From: Eledone cirrhosa
Taxonomy: Eukaryota
Assembly (NCBI GenBank): GCA_964016885.1
Contig: OZ024743.1
Location: 213,900,001 to 213,964,000 of the forward strand
Length of the DNA stretch: 64,000 nt
Reading direction: 5' to 3'
Position 1 is the first letter of the stretch. Each line of letters begins with the position of its first letter. The position numbers and the translations under genes are program-made. A model generated the notes under the pieces. That model worked only from the letters and a program-made list of their open reading frames with translations. It did no database searches and was not told where the DNA came from. This document shows, piece after piece, positions 13,946 through 28,741 of this stretch.

Positions 13946-14280
13946 ATCATAACGCTTCTAAATATAAAGGACTAGACCGTGAGTAGTAGATTGTATACAA
14001 AAATACAGATATCAACAGAATGCAGAAAAACATCGAAATAAAATACATAACTATTCGAATATATGTATATACTGTACAGTTGAAATACTAAACAGTAATA
14101 TTAAAATTATTGTATCCTGTGCTTGCTCAGTCTTACCATTTTCACGGAGTAAAACACTTAAATCTGTATGAAGTATATCAGGCAAGTAGTGCACCCGCTA
14201 AAACAGGCTGTATATTAACACCGACATAATAAAAACAGAATATTTAGGTACCATCATGTAGTTATATATAGAAAAAATAA

Positions 14281-14467
14281 TTGTTTCTACTTTAGGTACA
14301 AGGCCATCAATTACCCAGTGCATTAATGGTACTTTATTCTATCGACCCCGTAAGGATGAAAGGCAAAGTCAACCTCGGCGGGATTTGAACTCAGATCGTA
14401 AAGGGACGTAACTATGCTGGAAAGCATGGCGTCCGACCCTCTACCGATACTGCCAATCCACCGCCCT
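14281..14467 (-). mobile_element. tRNA-type SINE (same family as 10129)
   Basis: Near-identical reverse complement; tatatagaaaaaa on both flanks. Confidence 0.88.
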
Positions 14468-15598
14468 ACATATATAGAAAAAAATAATAAACAAATAATA
14501 GACAATTCATTGACAATAAAAGCTCATTACATATCTTTATTGGCAGTCAAGCTTGATGAAGTAATAATAAATATATGAAAATTTGAATTGATTTATTACA
14601 TATTCTTATGGTTAAATATGATCATCACTTAGATACTCATGCTTTTGTTTAAGAAATCTCATTTTATGTACACTTTTATTCAATCGGTAATATTTTAATA
14701 CTGCCAGGTACAGCAATAAAATTAGAATTTTCAATCGTTCAGTCGAAAATAGAAAACGAAAACACTCAAACAAGTGTAAATAAATATAAGATAATAAAAT
14801 GCAATTTGAGATTGAATGGAATAGAGAAACAAATGTTACGTTAGTTATTTTGTTTTATTTTAATGATGAGGCTCTCAGAGATTCGACACAGACCTCATTA
14901 TCCACATCCATTTCTCTATTCTGCTTTCTCTTATACTTTTCTTCCCTATTTCTAAGATAATCAATTTTACAAACTCTCATAAAGTCATCTTTCTATACAT
15001 TTATTCAATAGATCTGGTTCAATTATTGATCGAAGCCCAATCTTTGTTGCTTTGACATGACTAGAAATTAATCTTCAGGATTATGAGGATTATCCTGATT
15101 GAATCCTTCTGAAGCCGAGCCAGGTCACAACAGTGAATATAACAATTGATGCAAACTATAAGCAGAAATGACAAGGTATTTATTGCCGAAGCAGCTCAGA
15201 ACAGAATAGAAAAAAAAAAAGAGAAAAAGAGTTGTCATGGTAACATGAGCATACTGTAAGTCGGATGATGAATGGTGATTATTTGTATAGAGAACTGATA
15301 GTTCTGAAAAAAGAAATATATGGTAGATAAATAATAAAAATAACAAAAAAATACTACTACTATTAATAAAACTAATAATAATAAGAGAAGTCCCAATACC
15401 ATATGAGACTATGGAAATCAAAAAGAAATAAAAGAAGAAAGAACAAAGTGATATAATTCAACAAGAACAGGTCCAAGAAGATAAGTAGAAAAAAGAAAAG
15501 CCCATAATAGAGAGTCAGCAGATTGGTACACAATTAAATTGAACTTAATAAAATACGCTAACAGTAAAAGCAGGAAAAGTACTTTGCACTGAGAATGA

Positions 15599-15676
<78 letters not shown>

Positions 15677-15679
15677 CAG

Positions 15680-15873
15680 ACAAAGAGGGTGTGGTAAGAT
15701 ACCAAGGAGACCATAACGCACCAGAGTACTCAATACTTAGGGTAGTAGAGTGGGTAACAGGAAAATCGTCAGGACCCGACGGCTGAGGTCCGGCCGTCTC
15801 GACGGCTAGATCCCAACTCAGCGTTCGGATATAGCTTTCGAAACGGCCGGAACTCAGCCGTCGGAGTCCTGAC
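15680..15873. mobile_element. Fold-back family A (hairpin + one-sided tail), diverged copy
   Basis: gaccataacgcaccagagtactcaatacttagggt tail plus hairpin 15768-15873; other copies at 16750, 21484, 28742, 40091, 47099. Confidence 0.7.
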
Positions 15874-15888
15874 TCTCTCTCTCTTTCC

Positions 15889-15976
<88 letters not shown>

Positions 15977-16185
15977 CCGTATATAGTTGTCGGGTGAGAG
16001 AAGAACCTACTCAGTACCGAAACAGAGTTTCAATATTAAGGCTAAATACAGGATCATCAGACACAAACTGATGTACCTGTGATACGCAGGCGAATTTTCC
16101 GATATATATATATATATGTGTCTGAAGTCACGCGCCTTCACACACACACACACACTCACACACACAAACGCACATGTACATATGT

Positions 16186-16367
16186 ATATTTGAAAAAAGG
16201 AAAAGAATGACTTCACTAGCAGTTATTACCAATTCAATTTTATAATATTACGAATTTACAATTTTGCTATCTAGGTCTACATAACAAAATTATAAAATAG
16301 CAATATTATAAAATTAAATGGTTTATAACTACAAGCGAAGTCATTCTTTTCCTTTTTTCAAATATAC
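16186..16367. repeat. Imperfect ~180 bp fold-back
   Basis: atttgaaaaaaggaaaagaatgacttc ... gaagtcattcttttccttttttcaaat. Confidence 0.75.
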
Positions 16368-16372
16368 CTAAC

Positions 16373-16430
16373 TGTAAGGGTGAAAGCAGCGATTCTTTGC
16401 CTAAACTTTAATCTGTACTTACAATAAATG
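16373..16430 (+). repeat. Fragment of fold-back family H
   Basis: taagggtgaaagcagcgattctttgcctaaactttaatctg matches 45829-45884. Confidence 0.65.
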
Positions 16431-16749
16431 TATTTTATTATATATAAAATAGACAGTGTCCACATTTATTATTACTATATATATATATTTATGTACCTCT
16501 CTCTATCTCTGCCCCCTCTCTATCCCCCTCTCTATCTCCTCCTCTCTCTCTATCTCCGCCCCCCCTCTCTGTGTGCACATTTATGTGCGTAAACTCAGCG
16601 AATAAACAGATGATTTAAGGCAATTGATTAAATGCCACGGCATTTGTTTCGGTTCATTGCACTCTGTGCTGAAATCCCGCCTCATTGGGCTAGGTTTTTT
16701 CTGTGTGTGCGTATATATATATATAACAAATGAATTGTGGTAAAGAACT

Positions 16750-16800
16750 AGAAATAGCCGTCGAAACGGCTTGAGCTCTGCCGTCGGGCTCATACGTTTT

Positions 16801-16803
<3 letters not shown>
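16750..16803. repeat. Family A fragment (one arm)
   Basis: gaaatagccgtcgaaacggcttgagctctgccgtcggg followed by (TA)n. Confidence 0.75.
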
Positions 16804-16875
<72 letters not shown>

Positions 16876-17249
16876 TATATTATATGTATATATGTGCAAA
16901 AAGTAAACGAAAACAACAGAACAACCAACACGGTAAACTGATGGTATATATTAGTTTAACGCTTGATATAGGAGAAAAGGAGTTTTTACGCTCCGCTTAC
17001 TAGACGGTCATCACAAAGTAAAGGGACGAATAAAAGATTAAATGTAAATATAGCATGTGAGTAGTGGAACGAATTAACCAATTTTTGAGAAAAATCACAT
17101 GTGTATTCAGTCAAACATTTTGCAGAAGAAACAATTTACTCTTCCTGTATTCAGTCATTAGACCGCGGCCATTCGCAATATGAAGTCCTCTTCCCCACTG
17201 GCTATCAGAAACGGGCCTGGGTTCTCCTGTTTTCAGATAGATGCTATTT

Positions 17250-17670
17250 CGTGAGTTTGCAAGAATACTTTGCTCATCTCCTAAACCCGATCACAAAAGC
17301 ATCTGTTGAACACGAGTTGCGTCTGGGATCGAAGATTAATCTCCCGGAGGCTGATGTCGCGATCACAAATTTGCAAGTCTGAGATATTAAAAATCTTAAA
17401 GAGAGGTGTTAATTCTCTGGCTGATTTGTGTGTGCCGGATAGCCTGGATCTCTGGAAAGGCACCTAAGCAATTACAATTGCTGAGTGATAATCCCAAATT
17501 TCAAAAAGGAAGAGACGAGAGATTGCTCTAATTATGGAGGGATCTCCTTGTTAAGCCTCCCGGGTAAAGTCTATACTAAGTACCTGGCAAAGAGATGTAA
17601 GTATATTGTCGAGTCGAAGATTGCTGATGAACAGTGTGGTTTTCGCCCCGGACCCAGCATAGCCAAAATG
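17250..17670 (+). pseudogene. Decayed RTE-like LINE reverse transcriptase fragment
   Basis: IIPNFKK...DCSNYGGISLLSLPGKVY...IADEQCGFRPG resembles RT domain 1-2 (NYRGISLL, QCGFR). Confidence 0.75.
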
Positions 17671-18989
17671 CGAATTCCATTTTAAATGGATATGTCTACA
17701 ATAGAAGGTGTCTTCAATGGATATGGTCAATGGAATACCCAATTATTCAACAGTTCTGGTCATTGTGGCATTATTATCGGCGATTGTATTCATCTTATGT
17801 TAATGAATAATCTCCCACGCCATGTGTGTGACGGCTCTTTTGCGATACATATCATTGCTGGCCACAGCCACACCTATGATGCTGATGCTTAAGTATCAAG
17901 CGATGGCATTACTCGAAATCGAGTTTTCAGCCATCATGTATGTATGTATGTATGTATCTATACATACAAACGTATATAATAAGAAAACATCTAAGATATT
18001 TTGCACACATATTTCTAAATCTATATTCTACGAGCCTTTGATTTACTCATTTCCAAATTTCAAACATTAGGCTGCATCTATGATGGCTTCGGTGCATCAT
18101 ATGGGACTCAGTACATACTATTAAAAAGTCTTGTTCCTACGTAATCGGTTTTCGTATATTAAACAGATAAGTTGGGTGTATATAAGCAAAGATTAAACGA
18201 AAATAGGACATGGCCACACAAAAATGATGGGATTCTGTACAATATCTGCATACGCTATTTCACACACAAAATGTTGGCAAAGCCACTTCTATAAGCTAGT
18301 TACTGGGTCTGAACCCAAAGGAGTGGGGTTACGAAACGGACTTTTAAAACCATTCGTGGAACATTCCCTTATTTATGCCATATTTAGTGCGAATTAGTCT
18401 TATGTCATACATGCACTGTTCCCACGTGAAATGACTTAAATTATATGAAAATCGTTGGTCTATAGTTTGAAAACGATGAAAAATCTCTGATCAACACATC
18501 AAGTAATTGAAAGTTTATCCGTTGAAGCAGTTAAAATGTCAATAAATGACTGTGTCAGATCTCATAAACCAACTAGTTCATTTAATATAAGTACTTCAAA
18601 CGAGTCAATAACCATAGCGATTTTCAAATATCATCAATCCATGAAAAGTTGCTCTTGTATCTTAAGTTTATGGTCATTAAGGAGAGAATTCAGGTTTTGA
18701 TAGCCCAAAATATATATTCATAAAATGTAAAAATGTTGGTAATGTTAGGTGTGTGAAAAGTTTCAAACAGTTATTCGAACAAGGGCCCTGAATTCTTTAT
18801 ACGTCAATTGTTGAAAATCGATTACCATAAAACAGTTAATAAATAAAAAAAAAAGGAATACCAAACAATAAAATTATATTATATTATATACCCAGTGACC
18901 TTGATTATAGATCACGAACATCATATAAATCATTTTGCCTTTGATCATTCATCCATGTAAAATGAATACACATACGCTAATTATATAGG

Positions 18990-19392
<403 letters not shown>

Positions 19393-20520
19393 GGAAAGGT
19401 ATAAACCCAAAAGTAATGTCAAGCGGTTTCGGCTTGTGTTCTGCAAACCTTTCAAAGTGTATTCATATATATATAGATATGATATACATTCAAAAACACA
19501 TATTTATACACATGTTTATACACACAAACACTCGCATACACACACACACACTCACATATATATATGTATAAGTGTAAATCCGATGTGGTGACAAAAAATT
19601 GTGTATTATAAAGCAATCGATTGCATCACACACACCGTTGTCTCAAGGGACCTTACGAATGAATAGGTTTTCATATCAGTTTCGTTGTGTTCTTAGAATT
19701 GCAACCTTGTGAAAATGAGTGTGACGTTTAACCATATCATTCTGAAACAACACTATACTGAATGCTTATATATTTCTAATAAATACAGCCTCGTTTTATA
19801 GGATACATTATCAGGCATTCCAGCACATGACTATACTCGTATTTAGTATTTTTTACTGTATATTAAAGTACATAGTTTTGTTCAGTTAACGTTTTATTTG
19901 GAATAGCAATTGTGTTAAAAAGTGTTAAAAGTATAAAAGCATATGCAGTAAAATATAATATAATTCATAAGATATCGTATTTCATATTTCTATCCAAACC
20001 CTTTCTTTCTTCGTTCATACTAGGGTAATTTTATGCCCATATTTTATACATTGCCAAGTAAGTGCTCTTGATATTCTGCAATGTAGCCATTGGAATGTTT
20101 TCTATGCTATTGTACCCGCGTATACTATACAAACTGAACAAAAGGTTGTAGCAGCAGATAAATACTAATGGCTTGCTAAAATTCAACAAACGACCAGATG
20201 GTTAACATCTATAAAATTCAATACTAAAATGATCAAAATGTTAAAAACAACAACATAAAATTACTACATATTAGCCAAAAATAATTGTTAAAAAACTAGA
20301 CATTTGCTTAGAATTGGTGAATAATACAATATAGATCAAACGAAGCATTTGTAAAAAGTACATTACCTGATAGCATGAAACTAGATCCTGAATTTCTAAA
20401 GAGTAGGTGTAATATTGATAAGAAACACACTGACGATAAAAAGTATAAGAAACAAAACATTCTCTAAAGTGCAAAATAACGTAAAGAGAATATGTATATA
20501 TAATTTGATGAATGTACACC

Positions 20521-20890
20521 TACGCCTGTCCTTGTATTTCAATTCCCGTATCTTAAATTGCAAATATGTTTCGAACATTAATGATTAAAAATCTATGTAA
20601 CTCATATTAGTGTGGCACTATATATATATATATATATACATACATACAGACATACGCACATGCACACACACACACTATCACACACCCACATATATATACA
20701 TACATACACATACGCCTGTCCTTGTATTTCAATTCCCGTATTTTAAACTACATGTACATTTCGAGCATTAATAATTAAAAATCTGTGAAACTCATATTAA
20801 TCTGGCACGATATATATACATACATATATACAGACACACACACACATGCAGATGCACACACACATACGCACATATATACATACATATGCA
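20521..20890. repeat. ~190 bp direct tandem duplication
   Basis: tacgcctgtccttgtatttcaattcccgtat at 20521 and 20711 with continuing similarity. Confidence 0.8.
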
Positions 20891-21483
20891 TATAGTGAAT
20901 TTGATTCAGTGAATTACTGGTGGTCGTATCAATCTGAACACTCGATGTACAAGCCGACTGTATATTCAAGCGACGAAGTTTCGTTTACGAGTATTTAGGT
21001 TTTTATCGACATGTGGATTGGTTCGCTGTCAACACATTCCAGTATAGATCTGTTCTTCAGAATGTTGATTCAACACAAAATAGTGAATGTTGTGATCGGT
21101 TAGATGTTTTGTATAAAAGAAATGTCAACACCAATTCTTTTGGTGCATGTGTAAGTATGTAAGTGGTTGTGTCCATAGGTAGCCCTACTTACGTGCTTAT
21201 ATACACATATACATAAATACATACATATATATTGAGGATCTAATATGTGCATTTGTGAAGACATGTTGCACAGAAACGATATCGTTCAGGATTTGAGAAA
21301 TTTACCTTTCTGACTACCAAAATACAGGCACCGTATCGGCTATCAACTAACTGTGTGCACTCTGAACAGTTTATTGCAACTGCATTACTGCAATTCGGCA
21401 GAATCATTGAGTGAGATAGACGCTGGCCGGAGTCGTTCACTTAATACCAAGAATCGTTAATTTCATTATATATATATATATAA

Positions 21484-21671
21484 AGGAAAATGTTCAAGAC
21501 CCCGACGGCAGAGCTCAAGCCGTTTCGGCGGCTAGTCCAGAAATAGCCGCCGAAATGGCTTGAGCTCTGCCGTCGGGGTCTTGCACATTTTCCTATTGCC
21601 CACTCTATTACCCTAAGTATTGAGTACTCTGGTGCGTTATGGTCCACCTGGTTCCTTACCACACTTCCTTC

Positions 21672-21672
<1 letters not shown>
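21484..21672. mobile_element. Fold-back family A
   Basis: Hairpin 21484-21593 plus tail, flanked by (TA)n on both sides. Confidence 0.8.
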
Positions 21673-21744
<72 letters not shown>

Positions 21745-21805
21745 TAAATTTAGCGAGAAACGTATTTCGGCGGGTAGAAAATAAGCGAAACGCAATATAT
21801 ATATA

Positions 21806-22065
21806 ATATTGTTATACTTGGGGAGAGTCATATTTGTGTAATAATATTGCCAGAATTAATAAGAGAACACACTCACTGTTTGGTTGGTGTTCGCCTCTGT
21901 GTCTTTTATATCGGTTAATTTAATTTATTCGGTCCGATATAAAAGATACAGAAGCGAAAACCAACCAAACAGTGAGTGTGTTCTCTTATTAATTCTGGCA
22001 ATATTATTACACAGATATGACCCTCCTCAAGTATAACAATATTTGTTTCGACATACGATTTCATA
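21806..22065. mobile_element. Fold-back family B (PLE-like terminal repeat palindrome)
   Basis: ~105 bp arms attgttatacttgggagagtcat...atatcgg / ccgatat...aagtataacaat plus one-sided tail; same family at 24045 and 26117. Confidence 0.78.
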
Positions 22066-22189
22066 TCAAAAACCTCGCAAAACTAATATATATAGGTAGA
22101 TCACTACTAGGTAATATCCGTAGTAGTAGAGCACTCAGTCCATGGGACGAGTTTGGTAGAAGTAGTAACACAACAGTTAGTTGACCATA

Positions 22190-22230
22190 CCGAGAACAAT
22201 TGTTTCACCTTATGCGGATCTTGAGTTCGG
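22190..22230 (-). ncRNA. Minimal hammerhead ribozyme, mutated core
   Basis: ccgaa CTCAAGA t cc-gcataa-gg t GAAA caattg TT ctcgg. Confidence 0.55.
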
Positions 22231-23548
22231 ACTGGTCATGATTAAACGAAACAGGAAGAACAACCGTATGAACGCCCATGCGCAGAAACGGTCACTTCAC
22301 CCAAAAGATGCAAAACCACGGGCGAAAGGTGTAAAGGAGATAACTGCGAAATTCCGGAAAAGATGTTCGAGTTGATTAGAAAATTAGAATGTTGGTGTTA
22401 TTTAATCCGGAGCTTTATAGTTATGGAAGAGGTGTTTGCAGACATGTTGACAACGTGATAAGATTTCGAATTTAGGCAATCGCTATTGCATTATCTCCTT
22501 AGAATATTTAACATTTATTCAATTCACAGTCTACAAGACGGATTGCCCCTTGCTTGGACTTAGTGATGGCTTTCCATTGAATGTATTAGTCTGTACCTTA
22601 GTCCTTGAGGGACCATACGTGGCTCGTGAGTTTCGTGGATGATCGTTTGTCCAGGTACCCAATGATCGACCGAAGGTTCAGGAAGCGTTCCTTAAATCGG
22701 CCCTCCGCTATACCCACATAGGATTTGATCGCCTGTGGTTGATTTGGTCGGTTGGAAGTGACCACAACTTCATAAACTACAACGGGTGTGTTGCATTGCT
22801 GTTGAAGGGGACACGCTTCAGGCTTTCGGCAAGAGCATCCTGGTGGGGTGACGCTCTTAGGACTGTTGGCGATGTGAGCCTTCATATTCTTAGCGCAGGT
22901 GTACCCTAGTTTTACTCTGTTAAAGATGGAGCGGTATTTGTGACCTATGGGAAAGTGTCTATCTGAGAGGGCTAAATAACATTTTCCTACATTAGTTTTA
23001 ACGTTGAGTGAGAAGGGAGGAGAGAACCAGATAGTTTGTCTATTGTTACGATTTCTTTTCTTATTGTTGTTGTGTTGTTAGTGGGGGAGGAAGTAATTAG
23101 TTGCGAGAAGCCGCTGCTAGCTAACGCCGTGTTATAGTAGGGTGCTACTGTTATCCTAAGTCCTAGGATAACAGTAGCTACCAACCACTCTAGTGTAGAT
23201 TTCCTAGTCAAAGCAATACGCAATGGGCAATCCGTTTTGTGGACTGTGTGTTGAAGAAGGATAAATATTCTAAGGATATTACGCAATAGCGATGGCCTAA
23301 ATTCAAGAAATGAAATTCTCTCACGTTGTCAACATGTCTGGAAATACCTCTTGCATAACTATAAAGCTCCGGATGGAATAACAACAACATTCTAATTTTC
23401 TAATCAACTCGAACATCTTTTCCGGAATTTCGCAGTTATCTCCCTTACACCTTTCGCCCGTAGTTTTGCATCGTTTGGGTAAAGTGGCCGTTTCTGCGCA
23501 TGCGCGTTCATACAGTTGTTCTTCCTGTTTCGTATAACCATGACCAGT

Positions 23549-23589
23549 CCGAGCTGAAGATCCGCATAAGGTGAAACAATTGTTATCGG
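23549..23589 (+). ncRNA. Minimal type I hammerhead ribozyme
   Basis: ccgag CTGAAGA t cc-gcataa-gg t GAAA caattg TT atcgg; palindromic stem III. Confidence 0.7.
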
Positions 23590-23616
23590 TATGGTGAACT
23601 AACTGTTGTGTTACTA

Positions 23617-23656
<40 letters not shown>

Positions 23657-23955
23657 TATGTGTGTGTTTATGCCTGTGTATTTAGTTGGGGGGTTTATAT
23701 ATGTCAGTACGTGTGAAGTTATTGGATTGTGAGTGCCGGAATGGTTGGCTTGACACCCTCAATCATGTGCTGTCAGATAATAGATGTCTAAAAACAAGAT
23801 ATGGGGCAATGACCACTCGGCGGAGAGTTGTGGAATTAAGTACTGTGCGATATTTATGTCGGGCTACAATAAATGAATTTATCTGTATTGATTGTAATTA
23901 TAATAACAAGGATAACAATAGAAAATGGATTCATTATAAAAAATAACAGTGCATT

Positions 23956-24045
<90 letters not shown>

Positions 24046-24275
24046 TTGTTATACTTAGGGAGGGTCATATTGTTGTAATATTGCCGCAAATTATAGCAGA
24101 ACACACTCACTGTATGGTTGGTTTTCGCTTCTGTATCTTTTATATCTCCATAGTTAATTTATTTGGCAATCAATGTTTACCTTTGATTGAGCGGCGGTTA
24201 AAAATTACAGATATAAATATATATATAGTCTATCATGATGATGTTGCAGATGTGCAACGAAAAACTTTTGAAGAC

Positions 24276-24318
<43 letters not shown>

Positions 24319-24862
24319 TTTGGGAGGGTCATGTTGCCAATAAGAAACACACGCACCAGTTGCTTTCACTTCAATTTATTAGAGTTACTATAGACTACCC
24401 AAGCAAACACCCCAACCATCGATTACCTGTACTAGACACAGAGCCCGGGTTAGATACCATTAATAACAAAAAACAAATCCTCCATTCCCATTATGCCAAA
24501 CCCATGACTTCCAAATATCTGATCCACCGAAACTCAGCTGTTTCGGACCATACCAAAATCAACATACTGATTGAGAATTTGGTACGGGTGATGAGAAACG
24601 TGTCCCGCATGTGCAACCCCGAAGAACTAGAGAGACACATACAACACCTCATCCACCGTATGCAGTTATCTGGTTACAATCAGAGAGATAAAATCAGAGT
24701 ATATAGAGGAGCCAGAACCAAATGGGATAAAATCGTAAATAATGACACAAATGGGACCTGCCCCTTGTATGGGATCAAAGTTTGGATAGAATAGAAAAAA
24801 ACTAGGAATAAGGCTAATAGAATAAACTCATGGTATGATACCAATAACTACCAGAGTATAAT

Positions 24863-25050
24863 TGTTTCTACTTTAGGCACAAGGCCAGCAATTACCCAGT
24901 GCATTACTGGTACTTTATTTTATCGACCCCGTAAGGATGAAAGACAAAGTCAACCTCAGCGGGATTTGAACTCAGATCGTAAAGGGACGTCACTATGCTG
25001 GAAAGCATGGCGTCCGACTCTCTACCGATAGTGCCAATCCACCGCCCTGG
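24863..25050 (-). mobile_element. tRNA-type SINE inserted in the PLE ORF
   Basis: Perfect 14-bp TSD taccagagtataat at 24849-24862 and 25051-25064. Confidence 0.93.
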
Positions 25051-25796
25051 TACCAGAGTATAATGTTCATCGATACAACCCCTAGAGTTGAATTACCTTA
25101 CAAATTTAGAAGGGCCCTAGATAAACATAAACTCAATATTAAGATAGTAGAAAGACCAGGTACCTCCATAAAGACACTTATTACCAATACATACCCTTTT
25201 CAAAGACCTCCCTGTATAGATAAGAAATGTATAATCTGTAAATTAAGCCCCCATATTAACTGTAAAACTAGAAATGTAGTATATAGCATAAGATGTACTG
25301 AAGGACAATGTAGAGATAAAAATATAGTGTACATAGGTGAGACAGCTCGTAGTATAGGGAAACGGATAAATGAACACTGGCGAGACCTTCAAGATAGTAA
25401 AGAATCATCTGTACTCTACCAACATGCTAAAATAGAACTTAAGGGTAAATTAGAGAACAGAAATAAAAATAGAATCTACACACAGAAAAGACGCAATGTT
25501 TAAACAAATCACAGAGGCAATAAACATAAATGAACTCGAACCAAAATTAAATAGAAAACATGAGTGGAACAGCAACATCACAACTTACAATTAAAGACAA
25601 AATGAAAACACACACGCACATAGAACAAACAACCAACCAGTAACATGTAAATAAACAAATAAATAAATGAATATAAACACACACAGACACCCGGATGTAA
25701 CACATGCGCAAACTAAGCACACAACACACACACAAAAACAAGATGGCGGAGGACAGAACAAAGGAGAGGCACAAAAAACAAAGAAAATAATCCCCA

Positions 25797-25839
25797 GTCA
25801 CTGAAGAGGTCACATAATGTGTGACGAAAGAACTTTGAC
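25797..25839 (+). ncRNA. Minimal hammerhead ribozyme in PLE 3' region (family C)
   Basis: gtca CTGAAGA g gtcaca-taatg-tgtgac GAAA gaac TT tgac. Confidence 0.72.
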
Positions 25840-26052
25840 AATATATAAACAATCCTCTGGTTGCGGAACCCACCAACCAACCGGAAATTTATAAATTCCT
25901 AAATTCCTAAATTTATAAATTTATTATAATACGTTGAAGCGAAAGCAACTGGTGACGGTGTTTCTTATTGGCAACATGAACCACCGAAAGTATAACAATA
26001 TCGTTTCAACACACGTTTTCAGATAAAGAATCTTGCTAAACGAATTCAGAAA

Positions 26053-26118
<66 letters not shown>

Positions 26119-26333
26119 ATATCTGTATTTTTAACCGTTGGTCAGTCAATGATAGACATTGATTGCCAAATAAATTAACTATGGAGATATAAAAGATACA
26201 GAAGCGAAAACCAACCAAACAGTGAGTGTGTTCTGTTATTATTTCTGGCAATATGATTACAATAATATGACCCTCCCCAAGTATAACAATATTTGTTTCG
26301 ACACACAATTTCATATCATGCAGCTACATACAC

Positions 26334-26462
<129 letters not shown>

Positions 26463-28741
26463 TACAGACGCACATGTACACATACATATGAACAAACACA
26501 CATACTTTATTCCATTAAAAAAAATTATTATCACTAATATTATTTTAAGACAGTAATGTATATATGTATATACATTTAAGTTAACAGCAAAACAGTGAAA
26601 GTTCTTTCACAGCACTACTTCTCAGTACATCTCCGAACATATATTACGAAATTGACTTGGACAGTAGCAACACAGAAAGCATCAGCGAGTACCTTGGAGA
26701 TTAGACCAGCTTATACAAGTTCACGAACCATTATTGCCTTCAATTTGACACGCGCTTGAGAAGCCGGGGTACCTTCCTAAATATGATATTTTCACTTCAT
26801 TTGGGAACAGTGTACTTCGCTGTTACCTCTAGCACTGCATCTCTGGGCATCGCTAATGATGTAGATATCACTACGCATCCTTGATCCAGCCACAGACAAT
26901 CTCGATCGGTTCTATTTTGCCTGACACATCCCTGACAGTCCTTTTCATTCCTTTGATTAGGAGTGGAATAAGTTACACAAGCTTTTAGTGTAGACGAACA
27001 TGCCATGCACTTCCTATAGTGTTGCTCTGTTGGCGTTTACAAAGATAGAAAGGCTTAGTGAAGTTTATGTATAATTCGTATGAATGATACTGCATTTTTC
27101 TGGTAGCTTGGATTCAAGTAGCACGCTAGGTGTATTCTTACATAATTAAGGGAGACTTGTCAGAATAATTTGCAATACAGCTTTGTCTCTTGCAGATAAG
27201 AGTGAGATTTCCCTGTAGTTATCATAGAGCTGCCGTGTTTTATCATTTTACCCTCTCACTTGCTTCTTTACTGCCTATGCTCCTCGGTCGAGTCCTCAGT
27301 TTTATTCCCTTTGTTTTCCAATGTATCTTCAACTTCTCACAATAAGTAGCTTTTCAGATGATTCCATTGATGATTTATATTGGCGTAGTTGTGGAACATT
27401 TAAATAGAATGTTTACATAAAATATTTGCTCGTTTATAATTTTATTGAGATCCAATCTTAACATTTGCAGTTTGGCTGTGTTAAAGTTTTCCCAACTTGA
27501 TGCTGTTTTCTGATGATATATTTCGAAGAAAATCCAGACTTAGTCTCTCATCATATCAAGATTTATATCGCTGTCAGCTCCCTATATGTATCTGATGCTT
27601 CTGAAACGATTCATGTCCCACTGACCAGTTATAATATAGTTAATCAATTTCATTATAACGAGAACGAGTATGCTGCCAGAAAAAAAAAACTTTTACATGT
27701 TCATCCGTCGATAGTTAGCATTGGTTATGACGAGATATTCAATCGCACAAAACCGCTAGAGAGATACCATTTCCAATATCATTATCGTCAACAACGCTTT
27801 TCCAAATACCGAGAACTTTGCATTGGCATACAGATTACCAAAATCCCCGAATGCTTCCTGAATGAAAACTTTGTCGAAAACTCGGTACATAATGCATATT
27901 TGCTTTTTCCTTACTCAGAGTAGGCGATAGTCAGAAATAACATTCACGAACATTCCTTTCCTCCACCTAAATCGGCCGGACATTAGTTTGTCTTAGTGAC
28001 ACAGCAGAGCCTGCTCAAGTCTCTTAACAAGAGATGACTACATTACAATGAACCTATCGTGAATGTAGGGATAGTATTCCGGATAGCATTTCGAGAAAGA
28101 TGTGTAGCCAGTTGAAACTGCTATGAGTTGTCCTTCACATTATGCGGATGTTGCCTCGAGGCCTACTATGTCAATATTGTAAGGTTTGTGCCCAAGTGCT
28201 AACATAATAGTACGACTGTAGTTTACTAATATACAATGTAGATAGTTGAAGCCTATTTGGTGCTTTGGCCTCTAAGATTGGGCTAGTCACCAGCTCCGGT
28301 AAATTGGTTAGCATCGTTGCGAAAGAGCATTACTCCTTGCGAAACCGCCATTCGCCTGGAAATACAGATCCACAACTAACTAAGGTAAAATAAGATTTCG
28401 TGTGCGCTTTAAGGGATGAGATCTTTGGAAATCCTGTCCCCTCAACTATTCTAACGTTCTGTTGGAAGCATTCAACTGCCGTATGACCACCGTGCGCTCA
28501 GCCTGGAAGTCATAAGGTTTGTTTGCACAGGTGGCAGAGGTGAAGTAATTGGGAGTAGGGGATGGAGTACTTTGTATGGGTGGAGTGGAAGGAGCAGAAG
28601 AAGGAGATGGAGGATTTGAGCTATTCTTGGGGAATGAGGGGTGCGCCAATACTGTTGTCGATGCACCAGCCGCTTACCTCCGGGGTGGCACCCGTGTATT
28701 GGGCAAAGATTTGGCCTACACCGTATGCCCATGGCATCTAC

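Larger units (their letters stand above)
22095..23619 (-). mobile_element. 5'-truncated Penelope-like element with inverted 3'-end copy
   Basis: Decayed linker + GIY-YIG on minus (TIWFSPPF, CSCRKPEACPLQQQC, VVYE, YVG, FKERF); inverted arms ~22160-22563 and ~23204-23619. Confidence 0.85.
24316..26053 (+). mobile_element. 5'-truncated Penelope-like element (Neptune/Nematis-type Cys linker) with short inverted 3'-end copy
   Basis: RLPVLDT, HYAKPM...SA (RT/thumb); CIDKKCIIC, VVYSIRC, YIGETAR...RINEH (GIY-YIG); 24316-24380 is the reverse complement of ~25930-25995; clade call tentative. Confidence 0.85.
24045..26315. mobile_element. Family B fold-back split by a nested PLE
   Basis: Arms 24045-24222 and 26117-26291 are reverse complements, tail to 26315; HHR-like remnant at 24227-24276. 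Confidence 0.75.
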
